Origin: Azolla caroliniana
Taxonomy: Eukaryota; Plantae; Polypodiophyta
Length of the DNA stretch: 64,000 nt
Direction of reading: 5' to 3'
Assembly: GCA_043228905.1 (NCBI GenBank)
Contig: JBHGNT010000014.1
Coordinates: forward strand, 4,650,001-4,714,000
The translations under genes were made by a program, and so were the position numbers. This document shows, piece by piece, positions 37,308-51,645 of this stretch. Every line of letters begins with the position of its first letter. The stretch's first letter is position 1. The notes under the pieces are model-generated. The model did not search any database, was not told where the DNA came from, and saw only the letters and a list, made by a program, of their open reading frames with translations.

Positions 37308-40300
37308 TGTTAGGAATATGTCCCTCCAGTGGGAGGAGCCAATTGTTCGGGCCAAGAAGTGCCGACAATCGACGACTAGGAGGAGCAAACTATTCAGGTC
37401 GAGTACTGATGGTTGAAGAGTCAATTGGGTGAGTCGACAGAAAGGAGATGCAAGTCGAAGAGGCGATCGACTAGTCGGGCCAACTGGATGATCGATGACC
37501 AGGCCGACTAGTCGGACCGGCTGGACAATCAACCTACTTATTATTATAGATAATAATAGTAGTGATGTGTAGTAGTGGCTACATTTGTAAATAGCCCATA
37601 CAGGGTATAAGTATAAATACACTTATGGCAAGCATACGCCAAGAGCCCTACGTGGCTGATACACTCTGTGTAGGGAGTGTTGTACTCTAATCTCGTCTTT
37701 GTATATCCACTATATAGTGAAGCTCCGTTCTCTGTGGTTTTCTCCCGCTTTAGGGTTTCCATGTAAAATTTGTGTACACTTTTCTTTGTGTTTCCAAACT
37801 ATGTATTTTCAACGCATTCCTTCTTGTGGATTAACGATTCGTTTCTCAACAAACTGGTATTAGAGCTTGACGTGCAAGCATGGAAGGAGGTGTGAGTGGC
37901 TTCCCAAGAATGATAGTTCTAAACTCTCAGAACTATGTAGACTGGAAGATAAAGATGGAGGACCTTCTCATAGTCAAAGACCTGTACGAGCCGATTGACA
38001 GAGTAGAAATACCCACGGGGGTATAAAAGTCGGAATGGAAACTTCTCAATAGAAAGGCGGTGGCCACCATCCGACAGTGCGTCGATGTAAGTGTCCTTCA
38101 GCATGTGGCGAACGACATGAATGCCCACAAGATGTGGCAGAAGCTGTCAAGTCTATATGAGAGGAAGAATGCCCCCAATAAAATGTCACTGATGAGAAAG
38201 ATTGTACGGCTGAAATACAAAGACGGTGAGAGCATTGTCGAACACATCAGCACATTCATGGGGTATGTAAATCAACTTGTTGCAACCAAGTTTCCCCTCG
38301 ATGATGTCATGTAGGCCATCTTGCTGATGTGCATACTGCCGGATATCTGGGAGAACCTAGTGGTTACTCTTAGCACCTCCTATCAAGAAGACAAGCATCC
38401 TGAATGAGGAAGTGAGAAGGAAGGACAAAGGTGTTCTAGTCCAGTCGTAGTCAAATTTGACTTAACACATCAGCTAAGGGAGGAATTGGCAAAGAAGTCC
38501 ACCAAGGAGAGAAAAGTCTCAAGGCAAGTTGAAGTCCAGAGGTAAGCTCATGTGCTTCTATTGTGGAAAACTTGGACACTTCTAGAAGGACTGCCGACAC
38601 ATGAGGAAGGACAAAGGTGTTGGTAATGGTGTTGAACCGAGGAAGTTTCCTAATGAAAAGGGCATTTCAGCCATTGTTATGAGGAATGAAGAACTGTTGT
38701 TCATTTGCAAATAGACAAGTGCAAACCATGCGAGCGAAGAATGCAGTTGGGTGATCGATTGCGGTGCATCCTTCCACATAACTCCGTCGAGAGATTATTT
38801 CTCGACTTACATAGTCGGTGACCATGGTTATGAAAAGATGAGTGACAGTGGGGAGTGTAGGGTAGCCAGATTCGGAAGTGTCTACCTGAGGACATCAACA
38901 GGGTGTCGGCTAACTCTGAAGTATGTTCGACACGTCCCTGATATTAGATTGAATATGATATTGAGTGGAATACTGGACGACGAAGGCAACAATGGTAGTT
39001 TTTGGAATCACAAGTGAAAGTTCTGCAGAGGAAATCTTATAGTAGCCCGAGCACAGAAGGAAGGCACATTGTATATGATGCAAGCCCGATTGTGCAACTC
39101 GTAAGTGAATGTGGCAGCTAACTCGGCAAGACAGATATGGCATAAGAGGCTAGGCCACATGAGTGAGAAGGGACTGCATTTGTTGGCTGACCAAAGGCGC
39201 TTCTACCAGAGGTAAAGGGAGTGCACCTAGAGAAGTGTGTGTCGATTGTTTAGTTGGAAATTAAAATAGAGCAGCATTCCACTCTAGACCACCAAGGAGA
39301 AGAGAAGTGCCACTGGAACTAGTACACACGGATGTGTGCTATGTAGATGCTCTGTCACACCAAGGCGGATAGTACTTTGTGACCTTTATCGATGACTACA
39401 GTCGGAAGTTGTGAGCTTTCGTATTAAAGTCAAAAGATCAAGTATTGTCGTTTTTCAAGGAGTTCCAGGAAAGAGCCAAATGGGTGTTGGGTCAGAAGTT
39501 GAAGGTTGTCCGAACTGACAATGGTGGCGAATATAAAGGGCAGTTTGAGGAATACTGCAAAGCCTAGGGTATTCGAATTGAATACACTGTACCAAAGACC
39601 CCTGAGTTGAATGGGCTTGCAGAGAGGATGAATTGAACAATCATGGATAGAGTAAGGAGCATGCTCTCTCATGCTAAACGACTGAAATCCTATTGGGCTG
39701 AGGCGATGTATATAGTTGTTTATCTGATCAACATGTCTCCCTCAGTGTCATTGAAGGGTGATGTACCACAGAGGGTGTGGACAAGAAAGGAAGTCTCCTA
39801 CCGACACCTGAGGGTGTTCAGATGTTTATCCTATATGCATAAGGATCAGAGGTTGAAGCTCAACAGCAAGGTGAAACCATGCATATTCATGGGATACTCA
39901 GAAGATGAATTCGGCTATAGGCTATGGGACCTAGTCGATAAGAAAGTAGTGAGGAGTCGGGATGTAGTCTCCTTAGAAGACAAGACGATAGAGGACTGGA
40001 AGCAATAAAAATCGGAATTGACTACCTAGTCAACCTCTACCACTGTTGATTTGAAGCCAAGTGAACCGACATAGCCGGTTGTTCTGAGTCAGCCAGTCGG
40101 CACAACCGATTCCAAGTCGGTTGACTCGGAGAGACTGACTGACAATGAGTCTGAGTCGGTTGAGCTGTTAACATTGATCGAGGAATACGAGTTGGAGTCG
40201 TCCAACCTTAAGAAGTCGATCGACATATGTGAACTTGAGCAAAGAGGAGAGTCCGGAGAGACACCTGAATGAGAGCCGATAACGAGTGGAAGGAGATACC

Positions 40301-41745
40301 CACTCAGAGAAAGGAGAGCACCGACAACATATGCTAGTCAATGCATAATCTTGACTGATGAAGGTGAGCCAGAGTGCTATGATGAAGCCATTGTCGACGA
40401 GCATAGAGAGAAATGGCTGAACACGATGCAAGATGAGATGGACTCCTTGCATGAAAACTACACCTACGACCTGGTAGAATTATCGAAAGGTAAGAGAGCA
40501 CGCAGGAACAAATGGGTCTACAAGATGAAGACTGGAGAAGTCAACAGTGGGCCTAGGTATAAAGCCCACATTGTGGTGAAGGGTTTCCAATAGAAAAAGG
40601 ACGTCAACTTTGACGAAATATTCGCTCCAATCGTGAAGATGACATCCATGCTAGGAGATCGAACAATTGGATGTTAAGACGACATTCTTGCACGGGGAGT
40701 TGGATAAGGAGATCTACATGCAGCAACCCGAAGGTTTTGTGGAGAAAGGGAAAGAGAATCTGGTGTGTCGACTGAAGAAATGCTTGGACGGCCTAAAACA
40801 AGCTCCACGTCAATGGTACAAGAAGTTTGAGTCCTTCATGGTGGAACATGGGTTCCAAAAAACACAAGCTGATCACTGTGTGTTCGTCAAAAGGTACGAT
40901 GAAGGTGATTTCTTGATTCTCTTATTATATGTAGACGACATGTTGATAGTCAGTCAAGATACAAGGAAGATCGAAAGCTTGAAGAAAGCTCTAGACAAGT
41001 CGTTTGCCATGAAAGATCTTGGTCCGGATAAATAGATATTAGGGATGCACATAGTTCGGGACAGAACTCAGAAAGTGTTGTGGTTGTCACAAGAGAAATA
41101 CATGACGAAAATCCTAGAAAGATTCAACATGACAGAAGCAAAATCGGTTTGCTCTGTGTTACCGACTAACTGCAAGTTAAATGCAAACCAATGCCCGAGA
41201 GGGGAGAAAGAAAAGGTTGTGATGAGGAAAGTACCATATGCCTCAGCCATCGGCAGTCTAATGTATGCTATGGTCTGCATGAGACCAGGCATAGCTTTTG
41301 TTGTGGGAATAGTAAGTTGATACATGAGCAATCCAGGAAGAGAACACTGGGCAGCGGTGAAGTGGATACTCAGGTACTTAAAGGGCACCTCGAGGGTATG
41401 CCTAAGGTATGGTGTCGGAAAACCCATGCTCGAAGGGTTTACCAACTCGAACATGTTGGAGGATGTAGATTCAAGCGATCCACGTCCGGGTACGTGATGA
41501 CCTCTACAGGAGGAGCAATGTCGTGGCAGTCACGACTGCAGAAGTCTGTGGCCTTGTCGACCACAAAGCCAGAGTATATGAAAGCGGTAGAGGCTGGCAA
41601 GGAGATGATTTGGATGAGAAACTTTCTCAGCGAGTTGGGGATGAAGCAAAGGGATTTCTTGCTTCATTGTGAGAGCCAGAGTGCCATACACCTAGCCAAG
41701 AATGATGCATACCACTCCCGGACCAAGCACATACAGAGAAGGTAT
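37308..41745 (+). mobile_element. Decayed copia (5' LTR, gag-pol up to RNase H), interrupted at 41746
   Basis: LTR 37308-37851; PBS TGGTATTAGAGC 37855-37866; ATG 37880; IRQCVDVSVLQHVAND, LYVDDML, TKHIQRRY. Confidence 0.9.
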
Positions 41746-44700
41746 TGTCAGGAATTCGGTCCCTTCGGATGGGAGCCAAATGAAGAAGCCGAATTGGAAA
41801 GGGTTCTGGATAAGATCTGGAAACTGGAACCAATGAATCTGGATGGATCCGGTGCGAACTAGATCCAAGGACATATTTGTAAATATGTTAGGATAAGCCC
41901 ACTGAGGCTATATTTGTAAATAGCCCAAAAGTCATATAAGTATAAATATGACTTAGGGCAATCACTTTATAGTGATGATGATATAGAGTTGTTGTTGTAC
42001 ACTGAGTGAGAGATAAAGAGAGACACAGAACGATTTTTCTGTTGTAACCACCAATTGGTGAAGACATAGAGCTCGAGGTCGTTGCCTTTGAGTCTCACAT
42101 TGTATTCCTCCCCTCATAGTGATAGTTGGAGTCCATGGGCTTCCGTGGTTTTTCCCATTTAGGGTTTCCATGTAAACATCCTGTGTCGTCTAGTTGTTAG
42201 TTTGTTTTCTTCCATTTGTTGTTTAAGACTTGGTTGTGGCCGAGCGCTATTTTCCACACAAACTAGTATCAGAGCGAAAAACACAGGAAATGGAAGAGTC
42301 GTTTGACGGCATGTTCAAGATCACCGGTTCCAACTACTCAATGTGGAAGTCGAAGATGAGGGACATGCTGGTGGTTAAAGCTCTTTGGTTGCCGGTACAG
42401 TTCGGGGACAAGAAACCAGATAAGATCGATGCTGCAACATGGGAGGTGATGCACATGAAGATGACGGCGTACATCCAGTGCCTCGTCAACATGAGCCTAT
42501 ACAAGAACTTCAATGAAGAAAGTAAGGCTCATGAACTCTAGGAGAAGATCGGCATCATGTTCCAGAACAAAAATGCCGTTAATCGGGTTTTGGTATTCCA
42601 AAAGTTAGTGAGGCTTTGGTACCAAGACAACTCCAGTATGGCAGAGCACATGAATGCCTTCCAGGGGCTAATACACCAAGCCACCTCGTGGAAGTACCTC
42701 TCGCAGATGAGGTACTCACATTGCTCCTGCTCGATTCCCTCATGGATAGTTGGGAGATGTTAGGTGTCATGTTGGGCAACGTCAGGCCAGAAGGAAAGCA
42801 GTTGTCCTTAACAAGGGTAAAATCAAGCTTACCGAAAGGACTGAGAGTCCAGAACCGATCCGAAAGCCTTGGTCACGGAAGATGACCAAAACCGGGGAAG
42901 AGGCCGGTATCGGAGTCCCCAAAACCGGGACAAATCAAGGACGAGGTTGAAGTCAAGGGGGAGGCCTACTTGCTTCTACTGTGGGAAGCTAGAGCACTTC
43001 CAGAAGAACTATTAGCATTTCCAGAAAGAGAAAGGGGCTGACACCACCGATCCGAAGAAGAGTTCAAACCAGAGAGGTCCAGATCGGAAAGGAACGTTGG
43101 CGATCATGACAAGTGAAGAAGAACTGATGCTCATTATCGAGGAGAATGAGTTAAATCTTGTCGGTGATGAGACAACGTGGGTTGTCGATTCCGGAGCGTC
43201 GTTCCACCTAACACCGGACCAGAGGTGGTTCTCATCCTACACAGTCGGAGATCACAGTTGTATCCGGATGGGGAATGAAGGTACATGCCGAATTGTCGGC
43301 ATAGGAGATGTGTTGTTGACGACATCAACCGAATGCAAATTGCTGCTGACAGATGTCCGACACGTTCCGGAGGTTCGGTTGAACCTGATATCAGCCAATC
43401 GGTTAGATGATGAAGGCTACACGAGTAGAATCCAGAACAGAGCCATGAAGTTCAGCAAAGGAAGCTTGATCGTGGCTAGAGCCCGGAAGATCAACCCGAT
43501 GTACCTCAACACGATATGCCGGGAAGAAGTGAACGTAGCATCCGACACTGCCAGTGAGTTGTGACACAAGAGGTTGTGCCATATGTGCCAGAAGGGGATG
43601 CGGAGACTTGCCGAAGACAACCTCATTCCAGAGGTGAAAGACGTGCATCTTGTGAAGTGCACCGATTGCTTGGCCGACAAGCAAAACCGAACCTCCTTCT
43701 GGTCAAGACCACCAATGAGACGAAATGCACCATTGCAGCTGGTGCATACCGATGTGTGTCAAGTCGACATGAAGTCACATGCCGGATCGCAGTACTTCGT
43801 GACGTTCATAGATGACCACAACCGGCAGTTGTGGGTCTCACCATTGAAGACAAAGGATTAGGTGTTGTTTGTCTTCAAGGAGCTCCACGCGAGAGTGGAA
43901 AGAGAAACCGGCCGGAAGCTGAAGGCGGTTTGAGCAAATAATGGAGGTGAATACCAGAGGCAGTTCGAGGAGTACTGTCGGTCGAAGGGCTCGAATTTAC
44001 CGTTCCTAACACGCCGGAATTGAACGGGCTGGCTGAACGGATGAACCAGACCATAATGGAGAGAGTTTGAAGCATGCTATCACATGCCAAGCTACCCAAG
44101 ACGTTTTGGGCTGAGGCGTTGATGACAACGACCTACGTGATAAACAGATCACCCTCAACACCCTTGGATGGAGACACACCATAGAGAGTATGGACCAGTA
44201 AAGACGTGTCTTACCGGCATCTGAAGGTGTTCGGGTGTCTCACTTATGTGCATGTTGCGAAGGCCAAGAGAGCAAAGTTGGATCCGAAATCCCGGCCCTA
44301 CATATTCCTTGGATACGACGATGATGAGTTTGGTTATCAAGTGTGGGATCTGGTCGACAAGAAGTTGGGATATAGTCTTCATGGAAGATAAGACCATTGC
44401 TGACTGGGAGTCGGAGAAAAAGATAATGAATTCCGGGTCGACAGGCAAAGATCAGCTGAAGGAGCTGAGGACCCATCTGGTCGAAAGCCGGATGAGACTC
44501 GAAGAACCAACCGGATTCAGAGCAGAAACCCAACCGAACGGAGAAGAAGAAGAGGAAACTGAAACCGGAACTGGACAAGACCCCGAAACAGATTCGGATG
44601 AGGAACAAATGGAAGAACCGGTTGCCATAAACCAAGGACGAAGATATCCTCTTTGAGAGAGAACAGCCCCCCGGAGATTTCCGGATGCAGAGCACGTATT

Positions 44701-47700
44701 ACTGACCGATCAGGGGGAGCCACAAAGCTTCGAAGAAGCAAAGAGAGACACCCACAGCCGCAAGTGGTTAAGGGCCATGCAAGACGAAATGGATTCCCTG
44801 CATGAGAACCACACATATGAATTGACGGAGCTGTCGAAAGGAAAGAGAGAACTCCAGAATAAGTGGGTGTACAAGCTGAAACCGGGAGACGTCAGAAATC
44901 CAGCAAAAGAAAGGTGTGGATTTCGATGAGATCTTTGCCCCGGTAGTAATGATGACATCCTTTCCAATGGTATTGGGCATAGCGGCAATCATGGACCTCA
45001 AGGTAAAGCAACTGGATGTCAAGACGACATTCCTACATGGCGACCTCGAAGAAGAGATCTACATGCATCAACCGGAAGGATTTGAGAAGAAAGGGAAGGA
45101 GCACCTAGTGTGCTAGCTGAAGAAGAGCCTATATGGTTAGAAGCAAGCTCCCCCAAAATGATACCGGAAGTTCGACTCCTTCATGATGGATCAAGGGTAC
45201 CAGAATATGCAAGCCGGTCATTGTGTGTTTGTGAAGAAATTTGACAGAAGAGATTTCCTGATATTGCTCCTTTATGTGGATGATATGTTGATCGTCAGAC
45301 GTAACCAAGTGAAGACACGGATGCTGAAGAAGGCTCTAAACCGGACCTTCTCAATGAAAGACTTTGGTCCAACAAGACAGATTTTGGGGATGCACATCAT
45401 CCAGGACTGGTCGTAGAAGTTGTTGTGGTTGTCACAGGAAAAGTACGTGACAAAGGTGCTTCAAAGGTTCAACATGTCAGAAGCAAAAACCGGTTGGATC
45501 GACACTTCTGGAAAATTGTAAGTTTTCTAGAAAGCAGAGCCTGAAGACAAAGGCAGAGAAGTCGAATATGATGAAGATACCATATGCCTCTACAGTCGGA
45601 ATCTCATTAAAACTTCATCTCATTTTCTGTTGCTATCCGGTTGAGCCAGTTCTGTCTAATGCTTCCGCACATTAACATTCACATGGTATCAGAGCGCGAG
45701 GGTTGACAACCTCTGCATCCAACATCTGCTTCCGTAGACAAACCCTAGAACCCGGTAACAACAAATAGAGAGAAGATATGGACAGAGGAATGGCGAGTTC
45801 ATTTCCAACAGAGAAGCTCAACAGGAGCAATTATGCGTCCTAGTCATATAAAATGCACCAATACCTGCTGGGGCATGGATATTGGAGCTTCGTGGAAGGA
45901 ACAAATGAAGTAGTACCGGAGCTGTCACACAAAGACTTCCCGGTATGGGAGCAAGGAGTGAGTCGGGTACTGTACTGTCTCGTGTCCAGTGTGCATGATC
46001 AAATGCTCAGCTACATCAAGGATGCAAAGATGCCGAAGGACACCTGGGAAAATCTACGGAAGATTTTCGCCGCAAGTACCACAACTCGTAAGTTGCAGCT
46101 CCGGCAAGAGCTGAACAACATCCGGCAAAGAGACATGTCAGTTACGGACTACAACACCAAGATAAAGGAGATTTGCGATGCACTTGGGTCCATCAACGTG
46201 ATGGAGGACGAAGACGAGATGGTACAAATCTGCCTCGGTGGTCTAGCGCAAAGGTATGGGCCAATCCGAACAACGATCTGCACCCGAGAGAAACCACCGT
46301 CCTTCTTCGACTTCCAATCGATGTTGATGGTCAAAGAAAACCACGCGAGTGGGTCAAGGACCACTCAATCGGACGGCCGGATGTTGTACACGGAGACAGA
46401 TCGGACCCATGGACAAGGTGGACAAGGTGGACAAGGTGGCTCGGCACGCAATGGAGGCGACCGACAAGAGCAGGACCAGAGGCACAAGGGATGTGCTGAC
46501 AGCAGTTCCGGAACCTCCACAAGTAGGGGGAGTCAAAGCGGCACTGGGAACTGGCAAGGAAAGGCTAACACGGAATGTTGGCCCTTTTTGCCGGCAAGGG
46601 CCACTGGGAAAGCGAGTTCTGGAAGAAGCGCGCCAATTCCGAAAAATCCGGATCCGACAAAACCGGTCGGGAGAACCGGCAAAGCTCGCACTATGCGAAA
46701 GGATCGGAAGGATCCGGAACTGGGAAAACCAGTAAAGGGCCAGCCTTCGTGTTGAAGCACAAGGCTAACTCGATGAAGAAGACTACTTTTGGATCGGAGG
46801 AAGTATGGTGCGTTGATTCCGGAGCGTCCAACCACATGACGAGCCATGAAGAGTGGTTGTCCTTTTTGGAGAAACCGGAACAACCGGGGATTGTTGAAAC
46901 TGGAGACGACACCCCTCACCCGATTGTGCATGTCGGAGAAGTCCCTTTAAGCCATGTTGGAAAAAAGGGGAAGCTGATGAACGTACTACACGTTCCGACA
47001 ATCACAAAGAACTTGGTCTCAGTTGGACAAATCGTCGACCAGGGGATGCAGGTGCGGTTTACACACCTAGGGTGCTTCATCAAGGAAGAGGGCCGGATAA
47101 TTGCGCAAGGGCGCAGAGACGGGAGGATGTTCATCCTTAATACTAATAATGTCAACACCGCTATGTTTGCGAAAGGGCAGAAGGTCGAATCGGACATCGA
47201 CCTGTGGCACAAGCAAATCGGCCACGTCAATTATCGGAGGCGTCAAGACCTGCAATCGAAACAAGTCTTTTTCGGTTTGCTGAAATTTAGCGGCCAGAAG
47301 GCCGAAATTTGTGAAGCCTGCCAACTCGGGAAGCAACACCGGCTTCCATTCCCACAGATCCAAACCGGAGCCATAACCAACTCGATTTAATCCATTCGGA
47401 TGTATGGGCACCAACACAAAACGTTAGTCTTGGCGGGAATCGGTATTTCGTCTCCTTCATCGATGACTAAAGCTAGCACATGTGGATCTACCTCATCGAG
47501 AGGAAGAGCGAAGTCTTCGAGTGTTTCCAGAACCTTCAAAACTTGGTTGAACGGGAAACGGAGAGGAAGATCAAGTGCCTGCGGTCGAATGGCGGGAAAG
47601 AATACTTTTCCAGCCAATTCAACAGTTCAAATAGGAATTTGTACGTTCAAACCGTGCGTGTTATCTGCAGCAAAACGGAATTTAGAGAGAATTTAGTTGC

Positions 47701-50700
47701 AGGTACACACCAGAGCAAAACGGTGTGGCCGAAAGGAAGAACTAGTCGATTGTCGATGCGGCAAGGGAAATGCTGGAGGAGAAGATCATTCCCCACTTCT
47801 ACTGGGCTGAGGCGGTCCAGACGGCCGTCTACATCCAAAACCGGATCGGTGACAAGGTGTCAGCACATGAGCTGTATTTCGGGCGAAAGCCGAATTTGAG
47901 ACACCTTCGGATATTCGGTAGCATAGCATTTGTGCATGTACCGGATGAGAAACGGAGGAAGCTGGATCCGAAGTCGGAGAAGTGCATTCTAGTCGATTAC
48001 TCGCATGAGCAAAAGGGGTATAAGTGCTTTAACCGCCGGACTAAGCAGGTCCGAGTAAGCCAAGATGTCAAGTTTGATGAGACGGCATCATGGTACTCCT
48101 TACCGACTCCAACTCTCGACGAAGACCCGATTCCGAAAGATGAGGCTAGTGAGCCCGAGGAGGTCCAGGTAGAAGATGAAGACTTCGGCACTCTAGAAGA
48201 GAGTCCGATCTCAGTCCGGCTAAGTGGACCGAATGAGCGGCTGAGTCGAGATGACTAGTCGGATGAGGAACCAACGAGTAGTGGAGACTCTACCGTGCTC
48301 TCCCCGCGCAAGGAACCGAGGAGACGGTTCATGCGCAAAGAGAAGGGGAAGAAGAAGATGTTGGAATACGAAACCGGCAACTTTGAGTCGGATCGGAGCA
48401 AATCTGACTCCGGAGAGGATGAAGGCGGATCTTCGGGAACGAAGTCCGACCTGGCCAAGAAGGGCCCCAAACCGGGTAATACCAAGTTACGCCAGTCTTC
48501 CCACCTGAAGAACCTTGTTATGCGTTCATGACTAAGGTGGCGGAAGTGTGTGAGCCGAAGAGCTACGCAGAAGCGGCAAAGGACACAAATTGGTGTGCCG
48601 CTATGGAGGAAGAAATGCAGGCACTAGATGCCAACGACACATGGGACCTCGTTGACCCTCCCCGACACTGTAAACCGATCAGTTGCAAATGGGTGTACAA
48701 GGTAAAGTACAATGATGACGGTTTGGTTCACCGGTACAAGGCCCGGTTAGTGGCGAAGGGATACGCACAGACTCAGGGAATCGATTACGATGAGACCTTC
48801 GTCCCGGTAGCGAAGATGATGACAGTTCGTGTGGTACTGGCGGTTGATTTGGCAAGGGGGTGGCATCTTCACCAGATGGACATGAAGAATGCGTTTCTTC
48901 AAGGTGACCTTGAAGAACGGGTCTATATGATCCAACCTCCCGGTTTTCAGTCAGAGATGAACAAGTCGGCGGTGTGCCGGCTTAAGAAGTCGCTTTACGA
49001 TCTGAAACAAGCCCCCTAAGCTTGGAATGCGAAGATCACGCACCGGTTGCATAAGATGGGGTTTGTGACCTCAAAATCCGACTCGTCGTTGTTCATCCGG
49101 CAAGGTCTGGACGGTCCGGTTTGCATCCTACTTTATGTTGATGATTTAGTCATCACCAGACCGGACTCAATGAAATCAGCCGAGTAAAGTCCCAACTGTC
49201 GGACGCATTTGAAATGAAGGACCTGGGTGACCTTCATTATTTTCTTGGGATCGAGGTGATCCGAACACCCGATGGCATATTGCTCTCACAACGACACTAT
49301 GTGTTGAATATGTTGTACAAGTTCGGTATGATGGAGTGTCGACCTATCTCCACACCCTTGGACCGGAACCAGAAGCTTTGTCCCAACTCCGGACCAGCCT
49401 GCGATGAGAAACGATTCCGAAAAATCATCGGAAGCCTGATATACTTGACAATCACTCGACTCGACCTCAGTTACCCGGTTAGAGTGATCAACAAGTTCAT
49501 GCAGAAGCTGACCCTCGAGCACCTTCAGTGCACACACCGAATACTCCGGTATGTGAGCGGCAGGAAGGACCAGGGACTGTTATACTGATGTGGTATAGCT
49601 GGGAAGCTATTCGGATATACTGATGCCAACTAGGTTGGTGATGCATCGGATCGTCGATCCACCTCCGGCTACATGTTTTCTCTGGGTAGCGCGGCTATTG
49701 CGTGGAGCAGCAAAAACCAGCCAACAGTGGCTCTGTCGAGCACTAAGGCTGAATACCGGGGCACTATCGATGCCACCTGTGAAGCCATCTGGCTTCGGCG
49801 ACTGTTGCGAGACCTACGGATTGAGGTACCGACCCCGATCCTGATCTACTGTGACAACATGAGCAGCATTCAGCTCGCCAAGAACCCCGTGTTCCATGCT
49901 CGGACAAAGCACATGGAATTCCACTATCACTTTGTGCGTAAGCGGGTTTTGAGTAGTGAAGTAGAACTTTGGTATGTTTAGACGGATTGGCAAATTGCCA
50001 ATATCTTCACCAAACCGCTCGGATCGGACAAGTTGCAGCACTTCACCGAAATGCTTGGTGTTCAGCATCTCGACGTGTCGCACTTGCACTTGAGGGGGAG
50101 AAAAGGAATGGGAACGGATGGCACCGGACAAGGAGCTGGAGAGGAAGAAAGAACCAACAAAGGGGGAGACAAGAGGAAAAAGGAAGCCGAGCCGACCAGA
50201 AGAAAATGGCCAAGACCCGAACATGGTCCGGTGTGGTGAAGGGCCTAAAACTGGAAGACGAGTTGGAGAACACCGACTCAGACAAGAGTTGGAACGAATC
50301 GAAGGAAATTGATTCGTTTCAAGATTCGGAGAAGCCGGATCAACTAAAGGCCAAGTGGACACGGACGCGGCGGAAGTCGACGCCAACACGAAGGAACCGA
50401 CGGGTCGACAAGCGCCAGAGTCACAGCAACGAGGGAGTTGAAATGGGCCTGTTGAGCAGACAAGCCGATGCGAGCGAGGCGGAGCAATGCCAGAAGGAGC
50501 CGAGTAGAAGAACCGGCTGCCGCAGACACTAACACCACGATCCGACCTCAAGTTAAGCTTGAGGGGGAGTGTTGAGCAAGCAAGCTGAACCGGATCTGGA
50601 TTGGCTGAATAAGCCTAAGCCGGATCGGCATCCAGAAGGATGAGCTTATCGGTATCCGGATGGTATCCGGAAACAACCGATTGGATCGAGGAGCCAGATT

Positions 50701-51645
50701 GGAGAGCTGGATTTGAGCGGGAACTGGAAGCCTAGTAGTAGCCTAGACTACTAGGTAATCATTGTCTCGTAGTTAGTGTCAGTCGCACGTGTGAGCATTG
50801 AAGTACCTGTCAATACTTCTGTCAGTCCTTTATGGACTTGTATAAATAGTGTTGTTTAGCACGTTGTATGTACAGAGTTTTAGAGTTAATTTTTGAATAT
50901 AGTTTTATGTTCTACTCTCTCTTTCTCCTTTGTGTTTGAAGCTTTTCCATTAAATCTTCATCTCATTTTCTATTGCTATCCAGCTGAGCCGGTTCTGTCT
51001 GACGCTTCCGCACATTAACATTCACAACTATCAACAACGGAAGCGGAGTACATGGCACTTGTGGAAGCCGGCAAGGAAGTAATCTAGATGAAGGACTTCA
51101 TCGGAGAGCTAGTGATCCAACAGGAAGAATACCGGCTCTACTGCGACAGTCAGAGTGCCATCCACCTTGCGAAGAATACGGCCTACCATTCCCGGACCAA
51201 GCACATGCAAAGGAGATATCACTGGTTCCGAGAGAAGGTAGAAGATCAAGACTTCGTGCTGACGAAGATCCGCACAAAGGAGAACGGATCCGATATGCTG
51301 ACCAAGGTGCTTTCAACCAACACGTTGGACGTGTGTCGAAGACGGATCAGATTAACAAGAAATCCCATGCCGGAGTGAAGGGGGAGTTTGTTGGGAATTC
51401 GGTACTCCGGATGAGAGCCGGAGGAGCCGGATCGGATGAGCCGGATTCGGAAGGGTTCCGTATAAGATTTGGAAACCGGAACCAGTGAATCCGGATGGAT
51501 CTAGTGCAAACTGATTTATAAATAGCCCACTAAGTCATATAAGTATAAATATGACTTAGGGTAATCACTTTATAGTGATCACGATATAGAGTTGTTGTTG
51601 TACACAGACCAAGAGATAGAGAGAGACATAGAATGAGTTTTGAGC
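41746..51645 (+). mobile_element. Decayed copia of the same family as 21853-26806; hosts the 45603-51026 element
   Basis: 5' LTR 41746-42260; PBS 42264-42275; gag MEESFDGMFKITGSNY at 42290; pol to 45600, resuming 51027-51378; PPT 51379-51388; truncated 3' LTR from 51389. Confidence 0.88.
45603..51026 (+). mobile_element. Decayed copia of a different lineage (Ale/Ivana-like) with truncated 5' LTR and an extra 3' region
   Basis: LTR end 45605-45683 matches 50948-51026; PBS 45684-45695; gag 45853 onward, [36 protein letters not shown]; PPT 50560-50569; 3' LTR 50570-51026. Confidence 0.9.
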
